DNA from: an uncultured Chloroflexia bacterium
GTDB lineage: Bacteria > Chloroflexota > Limnocylindria > Limnocylindrales > CSP1-4
Reading direction: 5' to 3'
Assembly (NCBI GenBank): GCA_963849495.1
Contig: CAWKHN010000012.1
Location: 21,906 to 85,905, forward strand
DNA: 64,000 bases
Below, piece after piece: positions 44,880-54,604 of the stretch. The position numbers and the translations under genes were made by a program. Within the stretch, counting starts at the first letter, position 1. The number at the start of each line of letters is the position of its first letter. The notes under the pieces are model-generated. The model was not told the origin of the DNA. It saw nothing but the letters and a program-made list of their open reading frames with translations, and did no database searches.

Positions 44880-46022
44880 GTGACCGGGGCGGCGCCGCGC
44901 ACGATCGGACGGTCGCTCGGCATCCTGGTCGCTCCCGATTCGTTCAAGGGCTCGCTCACCAGCGTCCAGGTGGCACGTGCCCTCGCAACCGGCTGGATGC
45001 GGGGCCGGCCCGACGACAGGGTCCACCTCGCCCCGCTCGCGGACGGGGGCGAGGGCACCCTCGTCGCGATCGAGGCGTCCGGCGGCTGGCACCGGCGCGA
45101 AGCTCCCGCGCTGGATCCTTTGCGCCGCCCCATCCGTGCCCCCTGGCTCACCCGCGACGACGACGGGGCGGCGGTCGTGGAGATGGCAGCGGCGTCCGGC
45201 CTCTCGCTGCTGACCGCCGGCGAGCGTGATGCCGAGCGAGCCACCAGCCAGGGCACGGGTGACGTGCTCCGGGAGGTGCTCGACGCCGGGATCCGCGAGA
45301 TCGCGCTGGGGATCGGCGGCAGCGCAACGAGCGATGGCGGCGCCGGGATCCTGGTTGCCCTGGGAGCGACCGTGGCGGAGGACCTGTCGTCGGTCGATCT
45401 CGCCGGCCTCGACCCGCGGCTCGCACAGACGAGCCTCCGCATCGCATGCGACGTCTCCAACCCACTCCTCGGGCCGGCCGGGGCGGCGGCCACGTATGGG
45501 CCCCAGAAGGGCGCGACACCCGATGACGTGGCGCGGCTCGACGCACGTCTGGCGCGCTTTGCCGATGCCCTGGAAACCGCGAGCGGCCGCCGCGAGCGTG
45601 ACACGCCCGGCGCCGGAGCGGCGGGCGGCGTGGGGTTCGGGCTGCTGTGCCTGGCGGACCGGTTTGCCTCGCTGGAGCTTCGGCCCGGCGTGGACCTCGT
45701 GATGGAGGAGGCGGGCTTCGACGCTGCCCTGGCGACCGCCGACATCGTGATCACCGGCGAGGGCCGGGTCGACGAGCAGACCGCGTTCGGCAAGACCGCG
45801 CTGGGCGTGGCCCGGCGGGCCCGCGCGGCCGGCGTTCCGTGTATCGCCGTGGGCGGCGGGGTCACGACCGCGGGGATCCAGGCGCTCGCCGCGGTCGGTG
45901 CGGTGGTCGTGCCGGTGGCGGAGGCTCCGCAGACCGTCGAGACGGCGATGGCCGCCGGCCCCGGCCCGGTCGAGCGATGCGGGGAGCGGATCGCGCGCCT
46001 CGTGTCCCTCGGGCAGCGCTGA
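44880..46022 (+). CDS. glxK: Glycerate kinase (GlxK/GarK family)
   Basis: APDSFKGSL, ADGGEGT, GIGGSAT.DGG, YGPQKGA, GAGAAGG and TGEG..D.QT..GK. Confidence 0.92.
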   Translation: MTGAAPRTIGRSLGILVAPDSFKGSLTSVQVARALATGWMRGRPDDRVHLAPLADGGEGTLVAIEASGGWHRREAPALDPLRRPIRAPWLTRDDDGAAVVEMAAASGLSLLTAGERDAERATSQGTGDVLREVLDAGIREIALGIGGSATSDGGAGILVALGATVAEDLSSVDLAGLDPRLAQTSLRIACDVSNPLLGPAGAAATYGPQKGATPDDVARLDARLARFADALETASGRRERDTPGAGAAGGVGFGLLCLADRFASLELRPGVDLVMEEAGFDAALATADIVITGEGRVDEQTAFGKTALGVARRARAAGVPCIAVGGGVTTAGIQALAAVGAVVVPVAEAPQTVETAMAAGPGPVERCGERIARLVSLGQR

Positions 46023-46036
46023 GCAGGATCGCATCC

Positions 46037-46894
46037 ATGCCGGGTCGACCCTCTCCGACCACGCCGCATGCCGCGAAGCGAACCGCGGCCCGGCCGGCGA
46101 AGCGGACCCGCAGGCCGGCCGATCCGGTGCGGGCGTGGGCAGGCTACCTGCGTCGCTACCGGCCCGATCTGGCCGGCTACGTGCTGGAGCGGCTGACCGA
46201 GACCTACGGGCCGCAGGCGTGGGAGCCCCGGCTTGATCCGACGAGCGAGCTGATCCTCACCATCCTGACCCAGAACACCGCGGACGTGAACGCGGAGAAG
46301 GCTTTCGAGGCGCTGCGCGCCGCCTATCCCAGCGACCTCCCCCCCGAAGAGCACCGGCCGGGGATCGGGTGGGGCGGTGAGGGTCTCTCGACGGCGCCAC
46401 CCCCCGACTGGTCGATGGTGGAGGACGCACCGCTTCCCCAGCTGACCGACGTCATCCGCCCCGGCGGCCTCGCCCCCCAGAAGGCACCGCGCATCCAGGC
46501 CACGCTGCGGCACATTCGCGAGCAGCGCGGCGACTACTCGCTGGCCTTCCTGGGCGACATGCCGGCGCTGGAAGCCCGCGACTGGCTGACGGCGATCGGC
46601 GGCATCGGCAGGAAGACCGCCTCGATCGTGCTCGCGTTCTGCTTTGGTGCACCCCTGATGGCCGTCGACCGCCACGTCGAGCGGGTGTCCAAGCGGATCG
46701 GGCTCATACCCGCCAAGGCCACCGCGGACCAGGCCCACGACCTGTTCCTGGGCCTGCTCGAACCCGACCAGATGTACGCCGCCCACGTCCTGCTGATCCA
46801 CCACGGCCGCGCGATCTGTCATGCGCAGAACCCGGCGCATGACCTGTGCCCGGTGCAGGACCGCTGCCGCTTCGTGAACGCGAAGGCGCCCTGA
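46037..46894 (+). CDS. nth: Endonuclease III-family HhH-GPD DNA glycosylase
   Basis: TILTQNT, HhH GIGRKTA with catalytic Lys, AVDRHV, and an Fe-S loop variant C-x6-H-x2-C-x5-C. Confidence 0.85.
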   Translation: MPGRPSPTTPHAAKRTAARPAKRTRRPADPVRAWAGYLRRYRPDLAGYVLERLTETYGPQAWEPRLDPTSELILTILTQNTADVNAEKAFEALRAAYPSDLPPEEHRPGIGWGGEGLSTAPPPDWSMVEDAPLPQLTDVIRPGGLAPQKAPRIQATLRHIREQRGDYSLAFLGDMPALEARDWLTAIGGIGRKTASIVLAFCFGAPLMAVDRHVERVSKRIGLIPAKATADQAHDLFLGLLEPDQMYAAHVLLIHHGRAICHAQNPAHDLCPVQDRCRFVNAKAP

Positions 46895-46948
46895 GCGAGA
46901 CGCCCGAGCCGCGACCCCATCTGGAACCGGTGGCGCACACTCCTCCAG

Positions 46949-47094
46949 ATGACCATCGAGGTGCTCGTCATCGCCGCGGTCCGGATCGCGGGCTCGCTGC
47001 CGGTGCTCCGCTGGCCCCTGGCCGGCGGGATCCTGGCGATCCTCGTGGACCTGTCCGACTTGCTGCTGATGAACGTCCTGGATCTCGGCGGCGA
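46949..47094 (+). pseudogene. Probable N-terminal remnant of a membrane protein gene, cut off by the convergent TetR gene
   Basis: About 48 protein-like hydrophobic codons (MTIEVLVIAAVRIAGSLPVLRWPLAGG...DLSDLLLMNVLDLGG), then the frame runs antisense into TetR. Confidence 0.45.
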
Positions 47095-47106
47095 AGGCCC
47101 CGAGCG

Positions 47107-47706
47107 TCAGTGCCGCCGGCGGGCCACCCCGTCTGCCGCCGCGACCATCGACGCCGAGATCTCGTCCGGTGACCAGCCCCGCTCGATGCGCAGGTGCGCG
47201 TAGAGGTCCGCATCCAGCATGCCCATGACCAGCTCCGCGCACACGTCCGGTGCCGGCGTGCCAGCTGCCTCGAGGAGCGTCTCCACGTGGTGCCGCCACT
47301 CCGCGTACGCCACGCTGCGGTAGCGGGCGCCCGGGGCCGCGGTCTCGCCGAGCACGATCAGGTCCAGGTTGCGCTCGAGGTGCTCGGCATAGGCGGCCAC
47401 GAACGCGCGCAACCGCGATTTCGGCCCGGCACCCGGGCCGAGGGGCGGCGGCCCGGACGCAATCGCATCGCGCAGAGCACGATCCCGCGCATCGAGCACG
47501 GCCATCGCGAGGCCGGACTTGTCGCCGAAGCGCCGGTACAGGGTGCCCTTGCCCACGCCTGCCGCCGCGGCGACATCGTCCATCGAGACCGCCGCGACGC
47601 CGCGGGTGGCGAACAGGCGCGCCGCGGCGACCAGCAGGAGGCTGCGGTTGCGGGTCGCGTCGCTGCGTTCGCGGCGCGGGAGACCGGGCGGAGGCTGCGC
47701 ACTCAT
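47107..47706 (-). CDS. TetR/AcrR family transcriptional regulator
   Basis: ERSDATRNR...VSMDDVAAAAGVGKGTLYRRFGDKSGL. Confidence 0.93.
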   Translation of the reverse strand: MSAQPPPGLPRRERSDATRNRSLLLVAAARLFATRGVAAVSMDDVAAAAGVGKGTLYRRFGDKSGLAMAVLDARDRALRDAIASGPPPLGPGAGPKSRLRAFVAAYAEHLERNLDLIVLGETAAPGARYRSVAYAEWRHHVETLLEAAGTPAPDVCAELVMGMLDADLYAHLRIERGWSPDEISASMVAAADGVARRRH

Positions 47707-47714
47707 CAGCAACC

Positions 47715-47726
47715 GGACTATAGTCC
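47715..47726. promoter_or_regulatory. Perfect palindrome GGACTATAGTCC, likely TetR operator
   Basis: 12-bp palindrome 8 nt upstream of the TetR ATG, in the divergent intergenic region. Confidence 0.65.
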
Positions 47727-47787
47727 ATTAGCAGTGCCGGGTCAAGGGGTCAGCCGCGCATGCGTCCGGGCGCGTAGCATCCGCAGC

Positions 47788-48873
47788 GTGCACACCACCG
47801 ACGACCGCGGCGCCCGCATCCCCCTGATCCTCGACGTCGACACCGGCATCGACGACTCGCTGGCGATCCTCTATGCGTGCGCCAGCCCGGAGGCGGATCT
47901 GCTCGCGGTGACCTGCGTGTCGGGCAACGTCGCGGCGGCGGACGTCGAGCGGAACACCCGGCAGGTGCTGGAGCTTGCAGGCCGCGGGGACGTCACGGTG
48001 GCCGTCGGCCGAACGGTGCCGCTCCTCCGCCCACTGGAGATCACCCCCGAGACGCACGGTCCACGCGGTGTCGGGTACGCGGAAATGGCGGAACCGTCGA
48101 GGCCGCTGTCGAACCGCTTCGCTCCGGATCTCATCGTGGCCGAGGCACGGAGGCGCCCGGGCCAGGTCACGCTGGTCACCCTCGGCCCGCTCACCAACCT
48201 CGCGATCGCCGTGCTCATGGAGCCCGGGCTGCCGCGCCTCCTGCGGCGCTGGGTGATGATGGGAGGCAGCTTCCGCGTTCCCGGCAACATCACGCCCGCG
48301 TCGGAATGGAACATCCACTGCGACCCGGAGGCCGCGAAGATCGTCTTCGCCGCCTGGGAGACGGCCATCGACGAGGATCCGTCCATCCCGAGGGCACTCG
48401 CGCTCGGACTGGACGTCACCGAGACGGCGAAGATCACCCCGGACCACGTGGTGGCGCTGGCACGGCGCGCCGGCAGCACGCCCGATGACACGCTCGATCC
48501 GGGGCGGGCGCCCGGCGCCCCCGAGCAACGGAGCGTGGCCAGCAACCCGGTCGTGCGCTACGTCGCCGACGCGCTGCGCTTCTACATGGAGTTCCACGCC
48601 CGGTACGACGGCTTCTACGGCGCCTTCATCCACGACCCTCTGGCCACCGCTGCCGCACTCGACCCGGGCCTGGTGCGCACCGAGGCCGTGGCCGTGGACG
48701 TCGATGTCTCGCACGGCGTAGCCGATGGCCAGACCCTCGCCGACTGGCGCGGACTGTGGCACCGGAAGCCGAACGTCGACGTGGCGGTCGAGGCCGATTC
48801 GACGGAGTTCATCCGCCGCTGGATCGAACGGGTCGGAGGGCTGGCGGCGACCCGGTCGGACGTGTCACGCTAG
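47788..48873 (+). CDS. Nucleoside hydrolase (IUNH family)
   Basis: DVDTGIDD, GPLTNLA, SEWN..CDPEAA and IHDP. TAGCAT -10 7 nt before the GTG. Confidence 0.93.
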   Translation: MHTTDDRGARIPLILDVDTGIDDSLAILYACASPEADLLAVTCVSGNVAAADVERNTRQVLELAGRGDVTVAVGRTVPLLRPLEITPETHGPRGVGYAEMAEPSRPLSNRFAPDLIVAEARRRPGQVTLVTLGPLTNLAIAVLMEPGLPRLLRRWVMMGGSFRVPGNITPASEWNIHCDPEAAKIVFAAWETAIDEDPSIPRALALGLDVTETAKITPDHVVALARRAGSTPDDTLDPGRAPGAPEQRSVASNPVVRYVADALRFYMEFHARYDGFYGAFIHDPLATAAALDPGLVRTEAVAVDVDVSHGVADGQTLADWRGLWHRKPNVDVAVEADSTEFIRRWIERVGGLAATRSDVSR

Positions 48874-48921
48874 GCACGGGAGATCCGCCGCGACCGAGAG
48901 CGCGACGGCCTGGAGGTGCAC

Positions 48922-49737
48922 ATGAGCAGGATCTTCAGCACGCGGGTCATCGCCCTGATGCCCGTGGCGATCGTGATCAACATCGTCCTGGGCTACACCG
49001 TCCAGACCGTGCTCAAGCTGCCGATCTACCTTGACTCGATCGGAACCATTCTCGTCGGCGTTCTCGCCGGTCCGATCGCGGGCGCGCTGACCGGGATCCT
49101 GACGAACCTCATCTGGCAGTACGCACCCGGTATCGGCGGCGGCACCATCGGCCCGTTCGCGATCACGGCGGGCGTCATCGGCGTCCTCGCCGGCATCTGG
49201 GGGCAGCTGGGCGTCTACCGCAGCCGCCCGGCCAGCGGGGTGCAGCTCATGGCAGCTGCGGTGATCGCGGCCGCGCTCGTGATCCTGGTCGTGATCCCGA
49301 TCCTGAACAACCCCGCCTACACGAACCCGGACATCGGCGGGTACCCGGACTGGGTCTACACGGCCGCGATCGCGATCGCCGCGATCGCCGCGGTCGTCGT
49401 CGCCGCGTTCATCTACCTCCGCCGTGACCTGGCCGGTCTGTGGGTGGCCGTTGCCGGCGTGATCACCGGCCTCATCGCGGCCGTCGTCTCGGCGCCGATC
49501 GCCGCGTACGTGTTCGGGGGCGTGACCGGCAGCGGCACCGATGTCCTCGTCGCGGCGCTGCGCCAGGGCGGCTCCGACGTCTTCAGCGCCTCGCTCGGGC
49601 AGGGCCTGTTCAGCGATCCGATCGACAAGACGATCACCAGCTTCGTGGTGTTCATCGTCCTGGCCGGCCTCTCCCCGAGGCTGATCGCCCGGTTCCCGAA
49701 CGGCGAGAAGCTGACCGGCTCGAGCACCAGGTGGTAA
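48922..49737 (+). CDS. ECF transporter substrate-specific (S) component
   Basis: LPIYLDSIGT...GP..GA..G, SAPI..YVFGGVTGSG and DPIDK. GGAGG RBS. Confidence 0.88.
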   Translation: MSRIFSTRVIALMPVAIVINIVLGYTVQTVLKLPIYLDSIGTILVGVLAGPIAGALTGILTNLIWQYAPGIGGGTIGPFAITAGVIGVLAGIWGQLGVYRSRPASGVQLMAAAVIAAALVILVVIPILNNPAYTNPDIGGYPDWVYTAAIAIAAIAAVVVAAFIYLRRDLAGLWVAVAGVITGLIAAVVSAPIAAYVFGGVTGSGTDVLVAALRQGGSDVFSASLGQGLFSDPIDKTITSFVVFIVLAGLSPRLIARFPNGEKLTGSSTRW

Positions 49738-49741
49738 TCCG

Positions 49742-50554
49742 CTGACCCACGCAGCCGGAACGGGCACGGGACGGCTGCCCGACTACGTCCTCCGCCGGCC
49801 ATCGGGCCCGTTCCGGGGCCTCAACCCGACGACCAAGCTCGTCGTGTCGTTCTCGGTCGCCGCGGTCGCGTTCGGCGTGCGGGGCTGGACCGGCCCGGTC
49901 GTGATGCTGGCGGTGGTCGTCACGATCGCCGTTGCAGCCCACCTCGGGCGGGGCCTCCGCCCGTACCTTCTTGCGGCACTGCCGCTCGTCGCCTCGATCC
50001 TCATCGTCAACACGTTCTTCTACCCGGGTGCGACGGACACGATCGTCGCCCTGGGTCCCGTTCAGGCGACCTGGACCGGCCTCGCGGAGGCACTCCAGGC
50101 CGCGCTGCGGGTGCTGGCATTCGCCCTCAGCGTGGCGCTGCTCGGTTTGACGACGGAGGTGGACGATCTCCTGGACGACCTCGAGCACCGGGGCCTGGGC
50201 CGGCGGGCGATTTTCGTCATCGGCTCGGCCATACGCACGATCCCGCGCATGATCGAGCGGGCCGGCGAGATCGTCGACGCGCAGCGCGCGCGAGGCCTGG
50301 ACACGGAGGGGTCCCCGTGGCGCCGGATCCGCGGCCTCGTCCCGCTCGCGGGCCCGATGATCCTGTCCGCCCTGTCCGAGGTCGAGGAGCGGACGATGGC
50401 CCTGGAGGCTCGCGCCTTCTCTGCGCCCGGGCGGCGCGCGACGCTCCGACCCCAGCCCGACCGGCCGGCGGAGCGAGTGCTCCGCTGGGGCCTCGTGATC
50501 GGGGCGCTCGCGCTGGTCGCGTTGTCCGTCTCCGGCAGGTTTCCGCTCCCGTGA
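49742..50554 (+). CDS. ecfT: ECF transporter transmembrane (T) component
   Basis: LNPTTKL, AQRARG and ALEARAF motifs. The only plausible start upstream of LNPTTKL is a CTG. Confidence 0.88.
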   Translation: MTHAAGTGTGRLPDYVLRRPSGPFRGLNPTTKLVVSFSVAAVAFGVRGWTGPVVMLAVVVTIAVAAHLGRGLRPYLLAALPLVASILIVNTFFYPGATDTIVALGPVQATWTGLAEALQAALRVLAFALSVALLGLTTEVDDLLDDLEHRGLGRRAIFVIGSAIRTIPRMIERAGEIVDAQRARGLDTEGSPWRRIRGLVPLAGPMILSALSEVEERTMALEARAFSAPGRRATLRPQPDRPAERVLRWGLVIGALALVALSVSGRFPLP

Positions 50555-51519
50555 GCGAGCCCGCCGCGTCTCCCGCCGCCCGCGCGGTGGGCGTTGACGA
50601 GGTCGTGCTCCGTCTCGACGGCGTCCGGTACGCCTATGCGGGGACCCGCCGGTGGGTGCTCGACGGGATCAGCCTGCATCTCCGGGCAGGCCGCGTTCTC
50701 GGGATCGTGGGGCCGAACGAGTCCGGCAAGTCGACCCTGTGCCTGGTCGCCGCCGGGCTCGCGCCGGCGGCGATCGCCGGGCGCCTCGAGGGCGAGGTCC
50801 TCCTGGGCGGGATCCCGACGGCAACCGCAAGGCCCCACGAGGTCGCCCAACGAGCCGGGATCCTGTTCCAGAACCCGGCGACCCAGCTGTCGGCGACCGC
50901 AGCGACGGTCTGGGAGGAGGTGGCGTTCGGGCCGCGGAACCTCGGTCTGGCGATCGACCAGATCGCCGACCGGGTGGAGGCGGCCCTCGCGACGCTCCGG
51001 ATCGAGGCCCTGGCCCCCCGGGACCCGATGCGCCTGTCGGGCGGACAGGCGCAGCTGGTCGCACTCGCCTCGGTCATCGCCCTCCGGCCACCGGTCCTCG
51101 TGCTCGACGAGCCCACGAGCCAGCTGGACCCTGCCGGCACCCATCTCGTGGGAGAGGCCCTCGCCGGGCTGGCGACCGGCACCGGGACCGCGATCCTGAT
51201 CGTCGAGCACAAGACTGCCCTCCTGGCAGACCTCGCCGATGAGGTCGCGCTCGTCGCGGATGGCAGGGTCGTCACCCTGGGCCCGACCGGAGACGTCCTG
51301 GCCGATCCTCGTCTTGTCGATCTCGGGGTCGAGCCGCCGCCGGCGGTCAGGCTGCAGCGTGCGGCGGCGGCCCTTGGTGTGAGGCTCGACCCAGTCATCG
51401 TCGCCGAGGTCGCGGCGCGGTCGGGTGCGCGCGGGTCCGGGACTGCGTCTGGCTCAGGGACCGCGACCGGCTCCCAGGCCACGCCTGGCTCCGAGGCTGC
51501 GCCGGGAGGAGCACCGTGA
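50551..51519 (+). CDS. ecfA: ECF transporter ATPase A1
   Basis: GPNESGKST, FQNP, LSGGQ, LDEPT and EH. Confidence 0.9.
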   Translation: MSEPAASPAARAVGVDEVVLRLDGVRYAYAGTRRWVLDGISLHLRAGRVLGIVGPNESGKSTLCLVAAGLAPAAIAGRLEGEVLLGGIPTATARPHEVAQRAGILFQNPATQLSATAATVWEEVAFGPRNLGLAIDQIADRVEAALATLRIEALAPRDPMRLSGGQAQLVALASVIALRPPVLVLDEPTSQLDPAGTHLVGEALAGLATGTGTAILIVEHKTALLADLADEVALVADGRVVTLGPTGDVLADPRLVDLGVEPPPAVRLQRAAAALGVRLDPVIVAEVAARSGARGSGTASGSGTATGSQATPGSEAAPGGAP

Positions 51520-52325
51520 CCGAGGCCGCCGCAATCCATGGCGTCGGGTTCACGTACCCGGACGGGACACGCGCCCTGGCGGACATCCAGCTGACGCTGC
51601 GGGCGGGCGAGCGGGTCGCCATCGTGGGCCAGAACGGATCCGGCAAGTCCACGCTCGCCCGCCACCTCAACGGGCTTCTCCGCCCGACGGTCGGGAGGGT
51701 CTCCCTGTTCGGCCGCGACACTGCCGACGTGCACGTCGCGGAGCTCGCCCGAACGGTCGGCCTCGTGTTCCAGAACCCTGACCGCCAGATCTTCGCGAGC
51801 TCGGTGCGGGCCGAGGTGGGGTTCGGGGCGAGGAACCTCGGCCGGCGGGGATCCGAGCTTGATCGGGCAGTGACGGCGGCCCTCTCGGTGGTGGGCCTGG
51901 ACGGCGAGGCCGGCACGAACCCGTACGACCTCGGCTACTCGCGCCGGAAGCTCCTGGCCCTCGCGTCGATCCTGGCCATGGAGACGCCCATCGTCGTCCT
52001 GGACGAGCCGACCACCGGGCAGGACGCGCGAGGGATCGAACGGATCCAGCGGATCGTGACCGATCTGGAGGCGTCGGGCCGGACGGTGATCACGATCAGC
52101 CACGACATGCGCTTCGTGGCGGAATCGTTCGCCCGGGTGGTCGTGATGCGTGACGGTCGCGTGATCCTCGACGGGTCCCCGGCCGAGGTGTTCGCGGGGA
52201 CCAACGCGGAGGCGCTGGCATCCACGTATCTCGAGCCGCCGTTCGCCGCGCGTCTCGGGGAACGGCTCGGCCTGGGCACGACGCCGACCGAGGGGACTCT
52301 TCTCGATGCGCTTTCCCGGTCGTAA
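51516..52325 (+). CDS. ecfA: ECF transporter ATPase A2
   Basis: GQNGSGKST, FQNPDRQIF, LDEPTTGQD and SHDM. Confidence 0.9.
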   Translation: MTEAAAIHGVGFTYPDGTRALADIQLTLRAGERVAIVGQNGSGKSTLARHLNGLLRPTVGRVSLFGRDTADVHVAELARTVGLVFQNPDRQIFASSVRAEVGFGARNLGRRGSELDRAVTAALSVVGLDGEAGTNPYDLGYSRRKLLALASILAMETPIVVLDEPTTGQDARGIERIQRIVTDLEASGRTVITISHDMRFVAESFARVVVMRDGRVILDGSPAEVFAGTNAEALASTYLEPPFAARLGERLGLGTTPTEGTLLDALSRS

Positions 52326-52450
52326 CCTGAGGCTGCTCCGGCACGTTCCGTGCACCGGATCTCGGGCACAACGGGCTCGGGGATGAGGCCGTTCGGCCGA
52401 TCCGGATGGTCGCAGCCGGACGGACGATTGAACAGGATCGGAGGTCCCTG

Positions 52451-53371
52451 ATGCGCATCCTGCTTGGCGTCGACGGCTCGGCCTGCAGCGACCGTGCCAT
52501 CGAACTCGTGGCATCCCTTTCCCTCCCGGCAGGCTCCGTGATCCGGGTGGTCTCGGTGCAGCAGCCGTACGTGGACGTCCTGGCACTGACCTGGGCGCCT
52601 GTCGCACATGACCCCGAGACCATGGACGCCGAGGTGGAGGAGGACGAGCACCGTCACCGGGAGTCGGTCGAGACCGCGGAGCGTGCCCTCCAGCGGCCCG
52701 GCCTCAAGGTCGAGGGCTTCCTGCTGCGCGGCCGCCCCGGCAGCGCGATCGTTGACGAGGCGAGGTCCATGCACGCCGACCTCGTCGTCGTCGGCAGCCG
52801 CGGCCACGGCACGATCGCCACGATGGTCCTGGGCAGCACGGCGGCCGAGATCGTCGACCACGCCCCATGCCCGGTCCTGGTGTCGCGCGGCGGCTCGCTG
52901 GGCACGATCGCATTCGCGGACGACGGATCGAGCTCAGCCCGCACCGCCGAAGGGGTCCTGGCATCCTGGCCGATCTTTGCGGGCCACCAGGTGAGCGTCA
53001 TCACGGTGGCCGAGACGACGGTGCCGGTCGCGGCGGGCTTCACGCCCGGGCTGTACGACCAGGTGCTCGCGTCCTACTCGCGATCCGTCGATGAGGCGCG
53101 GGAGGAGGTCCGGGCCGAGGCGGACACCGCGGCCGGGCGTCTCGGTGGTGCGAGCCTGGACGCGCAGCCCGTTGTGCTCGAGGGCGATGCCGCGGGGGAG
53201 ATCGTGCGCTTCGCGACGGACCGGGGGATCGGCACGATCGTGATGGGCACCCGCGGCCACACAGGTCTCGCCCGCCTGGTTCTGGGCAGCGTGGCGCGCA
53301 ACGTGCTGCTGCACGCGCCGTGCTCCGTCCTCGTGGTTCGCGAGAAGAAAGGCGCCGAGCCTGCCGGCTAA
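52451..53371 (+). CDS. Tandem-domain universal stress protein
   Basis: MRILLGVDGS...VVGSRG...LGS...APCPVLV, repeated twice. Confidence 0.92.
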   Translation: MRILLGVDGSACSDRAIELVASLSLPAGSVIRVVSVQQPYVDVLALTWAPVAHDPETMDAEVEEDEHRHRESVETAERALQRPGLKVEGFLLRGRPGSAIVDEARSMHADLVVVGSRGHGTIATMVLGSTAAEIVDHAPCPVLVSRGGSLGTIAFADDGSSSARTAEGVLASWPIFAGHQVSVITVAETTVPVAAGFTPGLYDQVLASYSRSVDEAREEVRAEADTAAGRLGGASLDAQPVVLEGDAAGEIVRFATDRGIGTIVMGTRGHTGLARLVLGSVARNVLLHAPCSVLVVREKKGAEPAG

Positions 53372-54604
53372 CTAACCGCCGACCGCACTGCCGGAGCCCT
53401 GAACGGCAGGGGGCCAGGAGAGGACGTCCCGTACCTCGTGCGCGATCTCGAGGTCCTCGCGTGCCGTGAGGACGAGGGTGCGGACTGCCGCGCCGTCCGC
53501 ACCGATCTCGCGGTCCGGGGTTCCCGACTCGTTGCGCGACGGATCCAGCGCGACACCGAGGAACCCCAGCCCGTCCGCCGTCCGTGCGCGGACGGCAGGT
53601 GCATGCTCGCCGACCCCGCCCGTGAACGCGAGGGCATCGAGCCCCCCGAGCGAGGCCGCCATCGCCGCGATCGCCGCCCGCAGGCGGTGGACGTAGACAT
53701 CGAGCGCCAGCCGGGCATCCGGCTCCCCCGCTTCGGCGCCCGCGACGATCACCTTCATGTCCGCGGTGCCGGCGAGCCCGAGCAGCCCGGATCGATGCTC
53801 GAGCGTCGCGGCCAGCTCTGCCGGCGGCATCCCCACGTGGTCCGCCAGCCACAGCACCAGCCCGGGATCCACGCTCCCGGAGCGGGTGGCCATCACCAGG
53901 CCCTCGAGCGGAGTGAAGCCCATCGTGGTGTCGACCGAGCGACCATCGATGATCGCGGCAAGAGAGGCGCCCGCACCGAGATGGCAGGTGACGAGCCGCA
54001 GCCCCGCGGCCGAGCGTCCCAGCATCTCCGTCGCGCGGCGAGCGGCATAGGCGTGGGACAGCCCGTGGAACCCGTACCGGCGCAGGTCCCAGCGCTTGCG
54101 CCACTCGGAGGGAAGGGCGTAGGTGGAGGCGGCCGCAGGCAGGCCGGCGTGGAACGCGGTGTCGAAGCATGCGACGGCGGGAACGTCCGGCAACACGGCG
54201 CTGACCGAGGCGAGGGCCGCGAGCGACTTCGGCTGGTGGAGCGGGGCGAGGTCGGTGAGCGTCTCGAGCCGGCTGATGACCCGGGCGTCGATGCGGACGG
54301 GACTCGAGTAGATCGTGCCCCCGTGCACGATCCTGTGGCCCACGGCCGCAACCTCACCGAAGCCACGGATCGCGTCAGCGACGGCAGCCGAGTCCGTCGA
54401 GCCCCGCGGCGCGGGCAGGTCCGCGGACGCGACGACCGCGTCAGCGGCATCGAGCACCCGCAGCTTGAGGCTGCTCGACCCGGCGTTGACGACCAGGATC
54501 CGGCCGCCGTCCGGGCGCACAGCCGTGTCTGCCGCCGTCCCGATGCCCGTGGCCCGGGAACCGGCGCCGGCCGCCGAGCTCTCCACGCCGTCCGGACGGC
54601 TCAT
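53372..54604 (-). CDS. ackA: Acetate kinase
   Basis: [42 protein letters not shown] and FTGGVGE. Confidence 0.95.
   Translation of the reverse strand: MSRPDGVESSAAGAGSRATGIGTAADTAVRPDGGRILVVNAGSSSLKLRVLDAADAVVASADLPAPRGSTDSAAVADAIRGFGEVAAVGHRIVHGGTIYSSPVRIDARVISRLETLTDLAPLHQPKSLAALASVSAVLPDVPAVACFDTAFHAGLPAAASTYALPSEWRKRWDLRRYGFHGLSHAYAARRATEMLGRSAAGLRLVTCHLGAGASLAAIIDGRSVDTTMGFTPLEGLVMATRSGSVDPGLVLWLADHVGMPPAELAATLEHRSGLLGLAGTADMKVIVAGAEAGEPDARLALDVYVHRLRAAIAAMAASLGGLDALAFTGGVGEHAPAVRARTADGLGFLGVALDPSRNESGTPDREIGADGAAVRTLVLTAREDLEIAHEVRDVLSWPPAVQGSGSAVGG

Noticed and set aside
42905-47728. 1607-aa minus-strand ORF
   Set aside because: Antisense shadow of gpgS, glxK and nth. High-GC codon bias removes stops, and the translation has no motifs.
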